Shown one piece after another: positions 30,001-40,142 of a stretch of 64,000 nucleotides of DNA. The notes beneath the pieces are model-generated. The model searched no databases and was not told where the DNA came from. It saw only the letters and a list, made by a program, of their open reading frames with translations. Origin of the DNA: Patescibacteria group bacterium (GTDB taxonomy: Bacteria > Patescibacteriota > Patescibacteriia > Buchananbacterales > UBA6539); the NCBI GenBank assembly GCA_028688055.1, contig JAQTYZ010000003.1, forward strand, positions 1,191-65,190, given 5' to 3'. The position numbers were made by a program, and so were the translations under genes. Numbering within the stretch: position 1 is the stretch's first letter; each line of letters starts with the position of its first letter.

Positions 30001-33000
30001 ACCCAACCAGTCTGCCAACGGGTTGGAATCTTGGCGAAAATAATTCGGCGATAACAACCGAAAAGGTAAACGACAGTCCAATTGATAACTATAGTTTGAA
30101 AATAAATAACGATGGCGTTAATGGCACTTGTCGTGATTTTGATAGTGGCGTTTTGTCAGCGATGAAACCTAATACGACTTATCGGGTTTCCTTCTGGGCC
30201 AAGAGTGATTCCGATTTAGCCGAAGCCGACGGCCAGTGGTACGCTGAAATATTATCCAATCACGTGCCTAATGATTATTATTGTAGTCTGGATAATACGG
30301 CTAATTGTGATCCGTTTAATGAAGCAACTTGTAGTGCTGTTGGTAAGGGTGTTTGTGTTGGTGACTGGCAATTGCTACAAATTTCGTCAAATCAATATTT
30401 ATCATTGACCGCCAACTGGCAGCGATTTGTTTTAAATCCAATTACCACCCGAGCGGCTGGGGTTGATTTTAAATTTGCAATTGATAATTGTTCAACCGAT
30501 ACTGCTAATCCGATCTATCTTGACGGTGTTCAGATTGAAGAAGTTTCGACCAACAATCCCGTGCTGACTGATTATAAAGATTACGGTCAGACTAATTTAA
30601 CTTATCTCAAAAAACCGCCGGTTTATTTAAATTGTACCGGGGACTCAACTGATTCTGACGCTTGCGCCAACTATGCGCCATATTGTAAACCCGAAGAAGT
30701 CGGCTGTCAGGCGTTCGCGCCGCTGAGTGGCGGAGCGAAGGTCCCTGCCGTGATCAGACCAACTGATTTTTGTCCGGCCGAATGTGTTGGCTACCAAGCC
30801 TACAAGCAATCGGCGACGCCATTCGAAACGCAGCAAACTTTAGAATACTTTATTTCGTCAACCGCTAAACAATGCAACGCGTCAGCCGCCGGTTGCGATG
30901 AATTTACCAACTTAGATGAAGTGACTCAAGGTGGTGAAGGACGGGAATATTACAGTTACTTAAGGTTGTGTCAGAAGCCAGCTGATGTAGGCGCGAGCTG
31001 CCAGAGTTTTTACACTTGGCAGGGTTCCGATGAAACTGGTTTTCAGTTAAAAACTTACAGTTTGACCGGTGTGGCCGATGCCGCTGGACATCCAATTCCG
31101 ACACCAGCCATTAGTAATATTGATAGTTGGCCTGATCGGTGGTGCAGTGATAAGACGCTGGACGCGAATGGTTTGCCAAATTGTTGCGATGCTGCTGACG
31201 ACTTGGTTGACAATCCTTTTTGCAAACAGTTTTTTGCCGGCGATGGCTCCGTTTCTTATCAAATTTATGATAATACAATTAGTTGCTCGGACGACTGTCA
31301 TCCGTATCGAAAAACCTCATTAGGCGAAGATCCAACGGTGGCCGAGACGAATTGTAATGAGAGTCATGGGGTGTGGGACAACGGCGCTTGCGTTTATCAA
31401 GCGATTCCGGGGCAGGGCTTAAGTTGTTCCGCCAATTTTGCCGGCTGTCGTGAATATCGTGGCAACCAGAGCGGTAACATTTACACCGCCTTGACCGATA
31501 ATTTAGAATCGGGCGAAACCGCTAATTGGATTGACGGCGTTATTAGTAGTGAGGCTTTGAGTGTTGGCGGTCATTCCTTAAAGAGTACTGACAACGGCCT
31601 TGGCGGTCAGCAGGCGGCAACCTTTGTTGGTGATTTAGGAACTGTTTGTAGTGATAATTTACCGGCCTGTTCAGCCACGGTGACCACAAATTGTTATGAT
31701 CAAAGTACTATTAGGTGCTGGGTAAATACCGGTGGTCGATCGTGCCGCGTTAATGTTGGCGATCGTTATTGTGGTGTGGCGGGAAATACCGTTAAGAAAA
31801 GCAAGTCTTATATTCTAAATTTTTGGGCCAAAGCCAGCTCCGCTGTCCAAAACTTCACCGTGGAAATTGGTGATCGAGCAATACCAGTTAATAATATTAC
31901 GATTGGCCAAAGTAATCTCAATGCTGATTGGGGTTATTATTCAATGGGTCCATTTACCGTTGATGATAAGCCGGCTTTTGATCTGACCTCGGCTCAGCTT
32001 AGATTTAAATTGGGTACCGCTGTTACTTTTTATCTTGATAATATCCAGCTCAAAGAAGTTACTGGCCACACGTATGTTATAAAAAATTCATGGCAGACGC
32101 CGATGAGCTGCGACACTAATCCCTATCTTAATCCGCCGATCGCCGCGCCGCAGTATATGTTAAATTGTCAGCAGTATCGCAGTTCCACTGGGGCGATTTA
32201 TAATTTGAAATCATTTGATTCATTGTGTCGCGAGACGGCGGTTGGTTGCGAGGCGATGATCGATACTTATAATTCAGCTTCGCCGGTTGAACAGAAATTT
32301 AATCCCAACGACACCTTATCTGATGTTACTATCCCAGCTGATAAATTGGTTTACCTGGTTAATCGTCCGGAATTTCAATGTGCTTCAACGGTCAAGGGTT
32401 GTGAGGCCGTTGGGTTACCATCATTAAATACTTCTAATAATGTTACCGCGTATAGTACAGCCTATAAAATAAATGATCCTGACAAGTACGACACTATCCT
32501 TTGTAAAAATGAAGAAGTTGGTTGTCAGGAGTATGTTTCGGAAACTGGGTCCGATTACTTTAAGGCTCCGGGCGATAAGGTTTGCGAATATCGAACCATC
32601 CCGGGAACGACCAATTTAGGTTGGTTTATCAGAGGCTCAGTTAGTAATAATCCAGATTGTCCCGTTACTCAGCCGAGCGTTGGGGCGCTTCATCCTGATG
32701 GCAAAAAAGGTTTTGCCGGCTTATGTCCCAGTGAATATAACACGTGCACCCAATTTATCGATCCGATCAATAACGTTGGTAAAAATTTGCTTTATAACGG
32801 TAACCTCTCGGACATCAATAATGACGGCACGCCTGAAGGCTGGGATATTTTAGCAAGCCAGGATGGTCTGGTACAGTCTTTTAAATTAAAAGCGAACACG
32901 TCATATACCCTTAATTTTGTCGCCGACATTAATAACATCAGAGGCAGTTCAGCTGATTTGACGTTCACCGTCAATCATTGTCCCGGCATTTTTTCGTATG

Positions 33001-36000
33001 ATCATTCTTTGATTTATGATCAGGCTGATAATACCTTAATGAAAATGCCGGAGGATACCTATAACCAAGATAACCGCACCAGCGATAATACCAGTCCGGA
33101 TTATATTGAAGGTCTGTCTAACTTTCGTCAATATTCGGCCCGATTCTCGGTACCGGAAGACCAGGATTGTCAGGTTCAGGTTAAGTTGGCCGGTGCCACG
33201 GTTGCGGCTCTAAAAGCAAAGATTAAACAAGTTGGTTTAAGGGAAACCGGTGTTTACTATGCCCTGGGCAATTCGGTTGATAAAATCGGTTGTAACGGAA
33301 TCGTCAATCCGGAAAAGGGTTGCGTTTTATTCAATGATCGCAGTGGTGTCAATTATAAATTAGGTGAAGACGATATCAGCTATTTAGCGTTTGACGCCGA
33401 TGTCAGTGGCCCGGGAGTAAACGGTGGCGTTGGGGTGACCGACTGTGCTGGTAATTGCGATGCCAATGCGGTGATTAATGTTCGTCCGGATCGAACTTGT
33501 GAATCATGGTTAAATTGTAGTGTCGAAGGAACTTACCTCGATAACAAAGGTATTGCCAGAAAATATTGTGCACAAATTGGTTTGTGCGATCGGATGGATG
33601 CCAGCGGCCAATGCACCAATCAGGTCATTGGTAATAAGCAGTCATTGTTTGGTGATCCGGAACAAATTAAAAATTTGAGCGGTTATAGCAGCCCTGGCCT
33701 CATCTTTACCCGAGGAATTTGTGTTGCCCCGGCGGACAATAAGGGTATGACTTGTAACCAAAATTCGGATTGTGCTACTGACGCCAGCGGGGTTTGTGAT
33801 AAAAGTGTTTCGGGGGTGATGTCGTTTGAACAGATGATTCAACAAGGGCAGTCGTTCCGAGTCCCAAATGGTAATTTTGAATTAGCTTTTGGCGCCACCA
33901 CCGAACCAATCGGTTGGTCAACGATTATTGAAGGAACCAATACTGAACCGGTTGAATGGTATGACTATAAATTTAGAGTTGACCGGGATGTTAATAATGT
34001 GATTGAAGGTACCGGTTACCTGCGACTAAATTCTTTCTGGGAAACACAGTCTGAAGAAATTGATGTGGCGGAAGGCGAATTAACAACTATCTCGGCGATG
34101 ATTAATACGCAATTTCTCGAGAATCCGGCTAGTCAGTTAAATCCGACCGGTCAAGCTAAGGCTCAGATTTTAGTTAAAGCTTTGGATAGCAACGGTGCGG
34201 CGGTCGCCATTAAAGATGCCAGTGATGTTGCTTATCCGATGAAATATAATGGTTGGCAGTTGTTACAAAATGCCAACACGGCCTTAGAGGCTCAGGCCGG
34301 TTTGGATTGGCAACAGAAATCATTTACTTTTAAGATGCCAATTGGCGCGGTTAAATTTAAAATCAAGTTGAGTAATTATATTGATGAAGCCAAGTGCATT
34401 GATGCGGAAAGGTATAATCGTAAAGCCAGTAATTGTTCACTTGGTGGCTACTCTTTATTTGATTCAATTTCGTTAAAGCCGATTTTGAAAGTCAGAAATG
34501 AATTACCCGATGATTCGGTTGCGCGCAGTTGCCGTTTGTACCCGACGTCCGATGCGCTGGCCTGCGTGAATATGAAGGATAACGCTGTTTACTTTGGCCA
34601 GTACGGATACTGTGTTACGACGGATCCGCAAAATCCCAGCCAGTGTTTGCAATGGTGGCCGGTTGATCAAATTCAAGGTGAAACCTTGGATGAAGTAACG
34701 TCGGGTTATAACGATCGCGTGCCGCTGGATTATTGCACGCAAAAAAAAGATGTCGTCATTCGCGTTGGGGCCAATGCAACGTTGACGACGCTTGATTTGG
34801 GTAACTCAAATTTGTCAGGCAATTATACTTCAATGGTTAATTCTAGCGGTCAGCAAATGAAATTTTCTCAATTTAATATCAATGATGATTATCGAGCCCT
34901 GTTCCGCTATCCGTATGTTCAGTATTTACAAGTTCATGGTTCAATATCGGGAGGATCATTATTAAGTGGTGCGGGACTTGTCCCGACCATTTTTATCCCC
35001 ATCCCTTATGGTGCGAGGTTGTACAAAGATCATACCTGTTGGAAATTTATTAGTATTTTAGATAATCCAGGTTTTTCGGATATTGCCAACGGGGCGCTTT
35101 CCGGTACAAATGATTTTATTACTAATGGTTTATTCAGTAACCCTCTTTTGAGTGGCATTTTGGGTGATGTAACTTTTTGGCGACCAGGTGACCCAGGACA
35201 CGAAAGTGATGATTATGGTTCTTATTGTTGGAGTACTTCGCCGGGTGAAGACTGGGGTGGTTTTGCCGCTCTGGGCCTTGGCATATCAATTCCGCTTGGC
35301 GATTTTGGTATTGGGGCAGTTGTGTCACTCGGGTTCCCTTATAAGATGGCGCAAGCAACATCAATCTTGACGAGTTTTAATACCGAGCTAAGTAAATTGG
35401 TTGGAACCATGGTTGGTTTGGCCGGACCGGTGGCTGCCAAAATTATTACGGATCAAGATGAGTCAACTGGTAATACCACCAGCGATCCGGTGCCGGACTT
35501 AGAGGGTGATATTCTCGGCATTTCGGCGCAAATGCTGGGTCAAACAAATGGCGCGACCGCTCTCTTAGCGCCGGTTAGAGTTAACGGCGACGTGCCGGTG
35601 AAATATTGTTCCGAACTTGTTAGAGTCGTGACGTCAGCCGGCTCAAACCGAGGTTTTGCTAATCGCTTAACGGCCGGTAGTGGCTTTTTACTTAACGATA
35701 CGATTGACGGCCAACCGCGGCAATATCAATATTATAAACCGTTTGATTTTAGAGAATTGTTAGCCTATCCTAATCCAATGGATTATTATTCTTCCGATTT
35801 TCAGCCCTTTGGCGGTCTCGTGGCACCGACTAACAGTCAGTATCCGACCGCGTGGGACAGTAAATCAAGTCAGTATCGCCAGCCGTTATTTTTTGAGCCG
35901 CCGATGATGACCAGTTACAAAGCACCTTATCAGGCCCGAATGGGTGAAACACATACGGCCGGAAGCATTGAGCAAATTTTTGGCAAAAGCTATGGTATTT

Positions 36001-36644
36001 GGCATTGGGTCTGGAGTTCCGACAGTCTTGGTCAGCCGTTTGACGCTAATCACGGCGGACAATATGAAATTGGACCGATGGGTTATTGCGCTAGCGATAT
36101 AAACATAGCTTGTGCCGTCGATGCCGATTGCGGGTCAGGGTCGTGCTCGTTTACCCTAGATAAAGTGACCGCACCTTGGGATGTAATCGTGACGGCAGGA
36201 GATTGCCCTGGCAACATTAGACCGACTGACGGCACGCTTTGTCGCGTTTTACCGATAATCAGTAATATTAAAGTTAATGATAAGCCGCAAGTTGATATTC
36301 GACAATCAGGGTTGGTGAAGTTGACTTTCACGGTTAAAGTCGACCCGGATCAGTTGCCAATTACCGGTTATTCGGTTGATTGGGGCGATGGCAATACGAC
36401 TATTGTCAACGGTGTTGTTTTGCGAAATCGGGTGAATCCGGATAATCCTTTTGCCCTGTATCATCTTTACACCTATTGGTCGGCGTTTCAGGCCATCGGT
36501 CCTTATAATCTACCGGTTTGTGTTGGTGATAATTGTGTGGCGAAAATAAGAATTCGCGCTAAAGATAATTGGGGTGCGGAAAGCGGGACTGCCAGTAATC
36601 CGTGGATAACAATGAGTGGTAACATAACTATTTATAAAAAATAA
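27036..36644 (+). CDS. giant (3202 aa) signal-anchored surface protein with cysteine-motif repeats, multiple CBM4_9-like beta-sandwich modules and a C-terminal PKD-like domain
   Basis: A single 9.6-kb ORF with an N-terminal hydrophobic anchor (TLTVLVIFNMLATSLAPALA). At least 9 copies of a (A/V)GC(Q/E/D)x(F/Y/M)-type Cys motif (NAGCQWY, EVGCQAF, AAGCDEF, FAGCREY, AVGCEAM, VKGCEAV, EVGCQEY, YNTCQTF, YNTCTQF). Several NG(S/N)FE...GW... starts typical of CBM_4_9 modules. A PKD-like YSVDWGDGNTT near the C-terminus. Confidence 0.85.
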   Translation: MPKINIFSKIISVGQKLFFVWSQKTLTVLVIFNMLATSLAPALAYPVTVDTSSLQPLASAVGNAFLKLTLTDVAHAQPYASGYVMPANPMSIIVSDDFTHTNLIYNETAAEARSAAQIALDKATQGLKESAFLAANQTLNAMINSFAYDVATWLASGGKGQQPMFFNQGWGEYMKSLVDDAAGNFIESLAGNWLDFNVCEPINPSLKISIGLGLSDLQRPRKPQCSLSDMVHNWSSLINDKNFLNRFDVIYDPDQNDIGIAFSIFNKYNQEISDELDQGIKDRTEGGGFKAVVAKISKAIKTPSSLVFSQATRLTSEQIDQSDKKVQFGPIVLNAVDTFVSTLIGKLFQRLFKEGLAGDSTSNNPSASGYGANLLSSLLGKLGQNNNDLYSANQTSLQGQSSAQVRFLDLLTTGNNDSKPMDVLTKLTFCPDPKNPGPDECVILPSFAQAVQQGMTLAEAINRGLIDGNAPFGRQSNDPTALYSGLPYRSVVILRTYRIVPVSWEVAAKAINKFDGGKNISLNDLIAQYQDPTAEYYDLVNPNWVLVAPDHLCKETGFGPKILYNESVNGFDANQNGSFNDTGDIQPNRLIGRAEYCADYQSCIQKNDDGSCQYYGYCAEERPVWDFSGGSCKPYYNTCQTFQAPAGDTVSYLKNSLNYNGCSADNAGCQWYCQILNPINNVWTCQNQTERVLKACSQNGGCSVAATCTLSQGETACTDANSSVNLTIASACDSGSRWWNDATSKCDVDSACTIEKGAVSCSTDSCFEQANLLANGSFETPAANPGGLASGWTTDSGTLDFFDRVSGATEKIYDGKSSIRFYTAGQLIGAGDVKSITSSSLALATSGTYTFSARVYSKLNAGNITLSVYDSSGQIASRVISDKNRWQIVSFDFTTSQGSVWVVASIASQGTFLSGTAWFDDFRITPSCVINPVTLNLVGTVEQNESKIHLDRDASDCPSEAAGCSQFIRTIPNSGTNIVDNSSFEDWPNPTSLPTGWNLGENNSAITTEKVNDSPIDNYSLKINNDGVNGTCRDFDSGVLSAMKPNTTYRVSFWAKSDSDLAEADGQWYAEILSNHVPNDYYCSLDNTANCDPFNEATCSAVGKGVCVGDWQLLQISSNQYLSLTANWQRFVLNPITTRAAGVDFKFAIDNCSTDTANPIYLDGVQIEEVSTNNPVLTDYKDYGQTNLTYLKKPPVYLNCTGDSTDSDACANYAPYCKPEEVGCQAFAPLSGGAKVPAVIRPTDFCPAECVGYQAYKQSATPFETQQTLEYFISSTAKQCNASAAGCDEFTNLDEVTQGGEGREYYSYLRLCQKPADVGASCQSFYTWQGSDETGFQLKTYSLTGVADAAGHPIPTPAISNIDSWPDRWCSDKTLDANGLPNCCDAADDLVDNPFCKQFFAGDGSVSYQIYDNTISCSDDCHPYRKTSLGEDPTVAETNCNESHGVWDNGACVYQAIPGQGLSCSANFAGCREYRGNQSGNIYTALTDNLESGETANWIDGVISSEALSVGGHSLKSTDNGLGGQQAATFVGDLGTVCSDNLPACSATVTTNCYDQSTIRCWVNTGGRSCRVNVGDRYCGVAGNTVKKSKSYILNFWAKASSAVQNFTVEIGDRAIPVNNITIGQSNLNADWGYYSMGPFTVDDKPAFDLTSAQLRFKLGTAVTFYLDNIQLKEVTGHTYVIKNSWQTPMSCDTNPYLNPPIAAPQYMLNCQQYRSSTGAIYNLKSFDSLCRETAVGCEAMIDTYNSASPVEQKFNPNDTLSDVTIPADKLVYLVNRPEFQCASTVKGCEAVGLPSLNTSNNVTAYSTAYKINDPDKYDTILCKNEEVGCQEYVSETGSDYFKAPGDKVCEYRTIPGTTNLGWFIRGSVSNNPDCPVTQPSVGALHPDGKKGFAGLCPSEYNTCTQFIDPINNVGKNLLYNGNLSDINNDGTPEGWDILASQDGLVQSFKLKANTSYTLNFVADINNIRGSSADLTFTVNHCPGIFSYDHSLIYDQADNTLMKMPEDTYNQDNRTSDNTSPDYIEGLSNFRQYSARFSVPEDQDCQVQVKLAGATVAALKAKIKQVGLRETGVYYALGNSVDKIGCNGIVNPEKGCVLFNDRSGVNYKLGEDDISYLAFDADVSGPGVNGGVGVTDCAGNCDANAVINVRPDRTCESWLNCSVEGTYLDNKGIARKYCAQIGLCDRMDASGQCTNQVIGNKQSLFGDPEQIKNLSGYSSPGLIFTRGICVAPADNKGMTCNQNSDCATDASGVCDKSVSGVMSFEQMIQQGQSFRVPNGNFELAFGATTEPIGWSTIIEGTNTEPVEWYDYKFRVDRDVNNVIEGTGYLRLNSFWETQSEEIDVAEGELTTISAMINTQFLENPASQLNPTGQAKAQILVKALDSNGAAVAIKDASDVAYPMKYNGWQLLQNANTALEAQAGLDWQQKSFTFKMPIGAVKFKIKLSNYIDEAKCIDAERYNRKASNCSLGGYSLFDSISLKPILKVRNELPDDSVARSCRLYPTSDALACVNMKDNAVYFGQYGYCVTTDPQNPSQCLQWWPVDQIQGETLDEVTSGYNDRVPLDYCTQKKDVVIRVGANATLTTLDLGNSNLSGNYTSMVNSSGQQMKFSQFNINDDYRALFRYPYVQYLQVHGSISGGSLLSGAGLVPTIFIPIPYGARLYKDHTCWKFISILDNPGFSDIANGALSGTNDFITNGLFSNPLLSGILGDVTFWRPGDPGHESDDYGSYCWSTSPGEDWGGFAALGLGISIPLGDFGIGAVVSLGFPYKMAQATSILTSFNTELSKLVGTMVGLAGPVAAKIITDQDESTGNTTSDPVPDLEGDILGISAQMLGQTNGATALLAPVRVNGDVPVKYCSELVRVVTSAGSNRGFANRLTAGSGFLLNDTIDGQPRQYQYYKPFDFRELLAYPNPMDYYSSDFQPFGGLVAPTNSQYPTAWDSKSSQYRQPLFFEPPMMTSYKAPYQARMGETHTAGSIEQIFGKSYGIWHWVWSSDSLGQPFDANHGGQYEIGPMGYCASDINIACAVDADCGSGSCSFTLDKVTAPWDVIVTAGDCPGNIRPTDGTLCRVLPIISNIKVNDKPQVDIRQSGLVKLTFTVKVDPDQLPITGYSVDWGDGNTTIVNGVVLRNRVNPDNPFALYHLYTYWSAFQAIGPYNLPVCVGDNCVAKIRIRAKDNWGAESGTASNPWITMSGNITIYKK

Positions 36645-36704
36645 AACGAGGAGTTTGTCAGTCTTAAGCGTCAAGTCCGTAAGCAGGGTAACTAAAACGA
36701 AGCA

Positions 36705-39700
36705 ATGCTAAACATCAAAAATAAAAAAATTACAGTCGGAATTATTCTAGTGTTAGTGATGTTTGGTTTTTTGAGTTTTGGAATAAAGGCGGTGAGGGCG
36801 ACCGATCCGCCGCCTGGTATGACGGAAGTTCCGGGTCCAATCATTCGTCCCGCCACTCCGGTCGTTGCGCCAGTTGTGCCAATTACCGGCTCTAAGAATA
36901 AATCTTCAGACAGTCAAAGCAGCGGTTTTATGGTTTGGCTGGTGAGCTGGACTGTGCTGCCAATTATTAGGCTTGAAGGTGTAATTATTTCATTGGAAGC
37001 CTACGTGTTAAACACGTTTATGGGCTATAACGGCTTTGTTGATTCTCAGGCGGTGGTTTTGGGTTGGACGCAAGTTCGCGACGTTGCCAACTTATTTTTT
37101 GTGCTGATCTTGTTGGCTATTTCGTTGGGGACAATTTTAAGAATCGAATCGTACAATTTTAAAAAAATGCTGCCCAAGGTTTTGATTATGGCCGTGCTGG
37201 TCAATTTTAGCCGAACCATTTCCGGGTTGATCATTGATTTTTCGCAAGTGATAATGATGACTTTTGCCGCCTCTTTTGCCGGTCGTGATGGTGACGGTCA
37301 TTTAGTGGCAATATTAAACATCCGCAGTATTTTACTTAGTGGCAGCCAAGTTGGCACAAATCAAGTTGCTTTATCGCCGACTGATTTAATTGCTAGCGGA
37401 ATTCTCGCAGTCGTGATGCTTTTAATCGCTATGATTGTTTTGTTGGTAATGTTGGTGGTAATTATAATGCGAATTGTGATGCTGTGGCTGTTGGTAGTTT
37501 TGTCACCTTTGCCATTTATTCTGTCCGCTTTTCCGCAGGGTCAGAAGTATGCCCAGCAGTGGTGGCAGGAATTTACCAAATATATCATTGTCGGTCCGGC
37601 GCTCGCCTTTTTCATTTGGTTAGCTTTTGCCGTGGCTGGGTCATCGGCTGGTAATCAGTCTGGCAAAATTTCCGTTGACGCGATGGGTGATACGACGATT
37701 ACAGCCGCTTCGTTGGGTGGTGAACTTAAGCCAAATAGCCAATTAGCTGGTGTAACAATTAGCCAGCCAGCTGATAAACCGGGTGCGGCGGCGGGGCCAG
37801 CGACTGGCTTAGACACTAAAGTAATTAATGAAGTGGCGCAGCCGGACCAATTTATTTCTTTTATCATCGCCATTGGAATGTTAATGGGCGGTTTAATGTT
37901 GACCCAGCAACTCGGCGTGGCCGGCGGATCATTTGCCGGCAGTATGGCTAATAAGATTAGACAGGGGCGACCACTTATTGCACCTCTAAAGTTATTTGGT
38001 AAAGGTTTGGGTAAAGCGGAAAAAATGTTATATGGTGGAACTGGTATTGGACTTGATCCGCGTCGCGTTTTCCGTGGACTAAGTGAACATATGACGGCTT
38101 GGAATGATCGAATGGAGCGGCAAGGTGCGACCAAAGGCTTTGGTAAGGCTAAAGAAATGGTGGCCGGCCAAAGAGTGGGCCCGAATGGTGAGATTATTAA
38201 TTTGGAAAAAGGTAGAAGTTATCCCAGAAATTTGGCGCGTCGATTTTTCGGTCTGGGTGGAATGATGATGTCGTCACCGGCTGATTTTATGGATAATTAT
38301 GGTACCTTCCGTGGTGCCTGGAAGGGAGCAAAAACTTTATTTAAAGGAACTAGTATTACTGAATTAGAAGACTGGGAGCATGAAAAGCGTGAAAAAAATG
38401 ATAAATTAAGCAGACAGGAAAAATTAGTACACGTGGGCAATGTTTCTGAAAAGGGGCGTGAGCAGTTAATCACCGAAGCAATAGACAAAAATGCTGAAAG
38501 TTATGAAGCCGGATCTCATTTTTTTGCAACGGAAGAGGTTGGAGGCAAGACAACTGTCATCTCAATGTCGCCTGCCGAATTGGATGCTGAAATGGGTAAA
38601 GTTAAAAAAGCTGATTTAAAGAAGTACGGTTTGGATCCTGAAATATTGTCAGACCCCAAAGCAGGCGGGATTGACGTAAATGATCCTGAGTCGGTTGATA
38701 AATTTAAAAAAGCTTTCTTTGGTTATCATGCCGGTAAAATGATTAATGATACCGGTACCTATGTTGATTCAGCCAATACAATTCAAAAGCTTACTGATAC
38801 CGAATTAGAACTTGCGGGTGAAAGATATTATGATGATCAGGTTAAAATAAAGGATGATGAAATCTCTCGCGTTGCTACTGGTGGGCCGACTGATCAACAG
38901 GTTCAAGTTAGACAAAATGAATTGGAGTCCATTAATCAACAGATGTTGAAAGTTTTAAAAAGTATTGAGTCTAGCAATCGCACCGCCACAAAAGAAGAAA
39001 AGTTTGTACTGAGTGAACTGGCCGATAAGGGTGAACGACTTGGCGGCAAGGCGGTCACTGATGCTGTCACGGGTTTACAACATTTTGGTTTGTCATCAAC
39101 TGATCGAGATAATATTCAGCAAATTACCCCCGCTGATTTTGTCGGACGTGCTGCCTTAACGCCAGAAGAATTTAAGCAGTTAGGCGAAAAAGACGATTTG
39201 GGTCGATCAAAACTTGAGCAACTAAAGGAGAATAGGCATGATCTATCGGATGAAATCACTTTGGCAAAAATGAAGCCTGAGGACAGAAGGATCCAGCAAA
39301 ATAAAATTAATGATGGTATAAAAGTGGCTCGAGAAAAGTTGCAGAAGGATGACATGGAAAAGAAGAAGCGAGCTATTGATGTGCCAATTGGTTATGAAGC
39401 GTTGTCTCATGCGCGAGCGGCTGAACGTGAAGAATTGTCAAAGCTGCCCGACAGTATGGAGTGGACGGAAATTGAAAGCGAATTATTTTCAGCAATGCAA
39501 ATGAAGAATACCGCCAGAGTGAGGGCGTTGATGAAAAAAGCGGCGGTTGACTACAATGACAATGAGATTTGGCGTTCATTTGGCTATTCGCAGGATAATA
39601 AAGGGATGAAGGAATTTGGCGATAAAGAATTAGTTGGCGGTCTGGGAATGAACCGGCAAGAAATGTTAAAGTTTATGGACGATGTGGCTTATATCAATGA

Positions 39701-40136
39701 AGATAAGGGTCACTATGATACCGCTCGAATGGTTACCTTGGAAAATGGTATGGCGCGCTGGTCAACGGAGGCGGAACACGCTGCCGCGGTCGCTAATGAG
39801 AATTTGAAGAAAGCCAGTCGTAACTTTTTGCAGAATACTAACCGCTTAGGGTTTGGTGGTGACGATGCGGCTGGTAATTATAAATTGGCAATGTCTGGAA
39901 AATTAACCTTAGCTGGTTTAGGGGATAAAGAACTACAGTTTAGACTTGACCGAGGTGAGTTTAATCCAAGCACGTTGTCAAAAATTGGTTCGGATATTGA
40001 AGGCTTAGAAGATATGGTTAGGCGTGGTTGGCTGACAAGAAAGACGATTGATACCATTAAACAATTTGCGCAAAGAAAAACGGTTGACGCGGCTTACAGT
40101 GAACTTTATAAGCAGGCTAAAAGCGCAACAAAATAA
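36705..40136 (+). CDS. VirB6/TrbL-like polytopic membrane protein with a roughly 700-aa hydrophilic coiled-coil C-terminal extension
   Basis: Signal peptide plus at least 6 hydrophobic helices in the first 330 aa (VirB6-like topology). The remainder is charged and helical. It sits in a block with the VirB3/VirB4 homologs. Confidence 0.5.
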   Translation: MLNIKNKKITVGIILVLVMFGFLSFGIKAVRATDPPPGMTEVPGPIIRPATPVVAPVVPITGSKNKSSDSQSSGFMVWLVSWTVLPIIRLEGVIISLEAYVLNTFMGYNGFVDSQAVVLGWTQVRDVANLFFVLILLAISLGTILRIESYNFKKMLPKVLIMAVLVNFSRTISGLIIDFSQVIMMTFAASFAGRDGDGHLVAILNIRSILLSGSQVGTNQVALSPTDLIASGILAVVMLLIAMIVLLVMLVVIIMRIVMLWLLVVLSPLPFILSAFPQGQKYAQQWWQEFTKYIIVGPALAFFIWLAFAVAGSSAGNQSGKISVDAMGDTTITAASLGGELKPNSQLAGVTISQPADKPGAAAGPATGLDTKVINEVAQPDQFISFIIAIGMLMGGLMLTQQLGVAGGSFAGSMANKIRQGRPLIAPLKLFGKGLGKAEKMLYGGTGIGLDPRRVFRGLSEHMTAWNDRMERQGATKGFGKAKEMVAGQRVGPNGEIINLEKGRSYPRNLARRFFGLGGMMMSSPADFMDNYGTFRGAWKGAKTLFKGTSITELEDWEHEKREKNDKLSRQEKLVHVGNVSEKGREQLITEAIDKNAESYEAGSHFFATEEVGGKTTVISMSPAELDAEMGKVKKADLKKYGLDPEILSDPKAGGIDVNDPESVDKFKKAFFGYHAGKMINDTGTYVDSANTIQKLTDTELELAGERYYDDQVKIKDDEISRVATGGPTDQQVQVRQNELESINQQMLKVLKSIESSNRTATKEEKFVLSELADKGERLGGKAVTDAVTGLQHFGLSSTDRDNIQQITPADFVGRAALTPEEFKQLGEKDDLGRSKLEQLKENRHDLSDEITLAKMKPEDRRIQQNKINDGIKVAREKLQKDDMEKKKRAIDVPIGYEALSHARAAEREELSKLPDSMEWTEIESELFSAMQMKNTARVRALMKKAAVDYNDNEIWRSFGYSQDNKGMKEFGDKELVGGLGMNRQEMLKFMDDVAYINEDKGHYDTARMVTLENGMARWSTEAEHAAAVANENLKKASRNFLQNTNRLGFGGDDAAGNYKLAMSGKLTLAGLGDKELQFRLDRGEFNPSTLSKIGSDIEGLEDMVRRGWLTRKTIDTIKQFAQRKTVDAAYSELYKQAKSATK

Positions 40137-40142
40137 AACCAA

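Noticed and set aside
37655-38134. 159-aa minus-strand ORF and other antisense ORFs (43499-43972, 56246-56746, 61613-62020, 20257-20583, among others)
   Set aside because: Each lies entirely inside a long, well-supported gene on the opposite strand and has a Pro/Ala/Ser-rich shadow composition.
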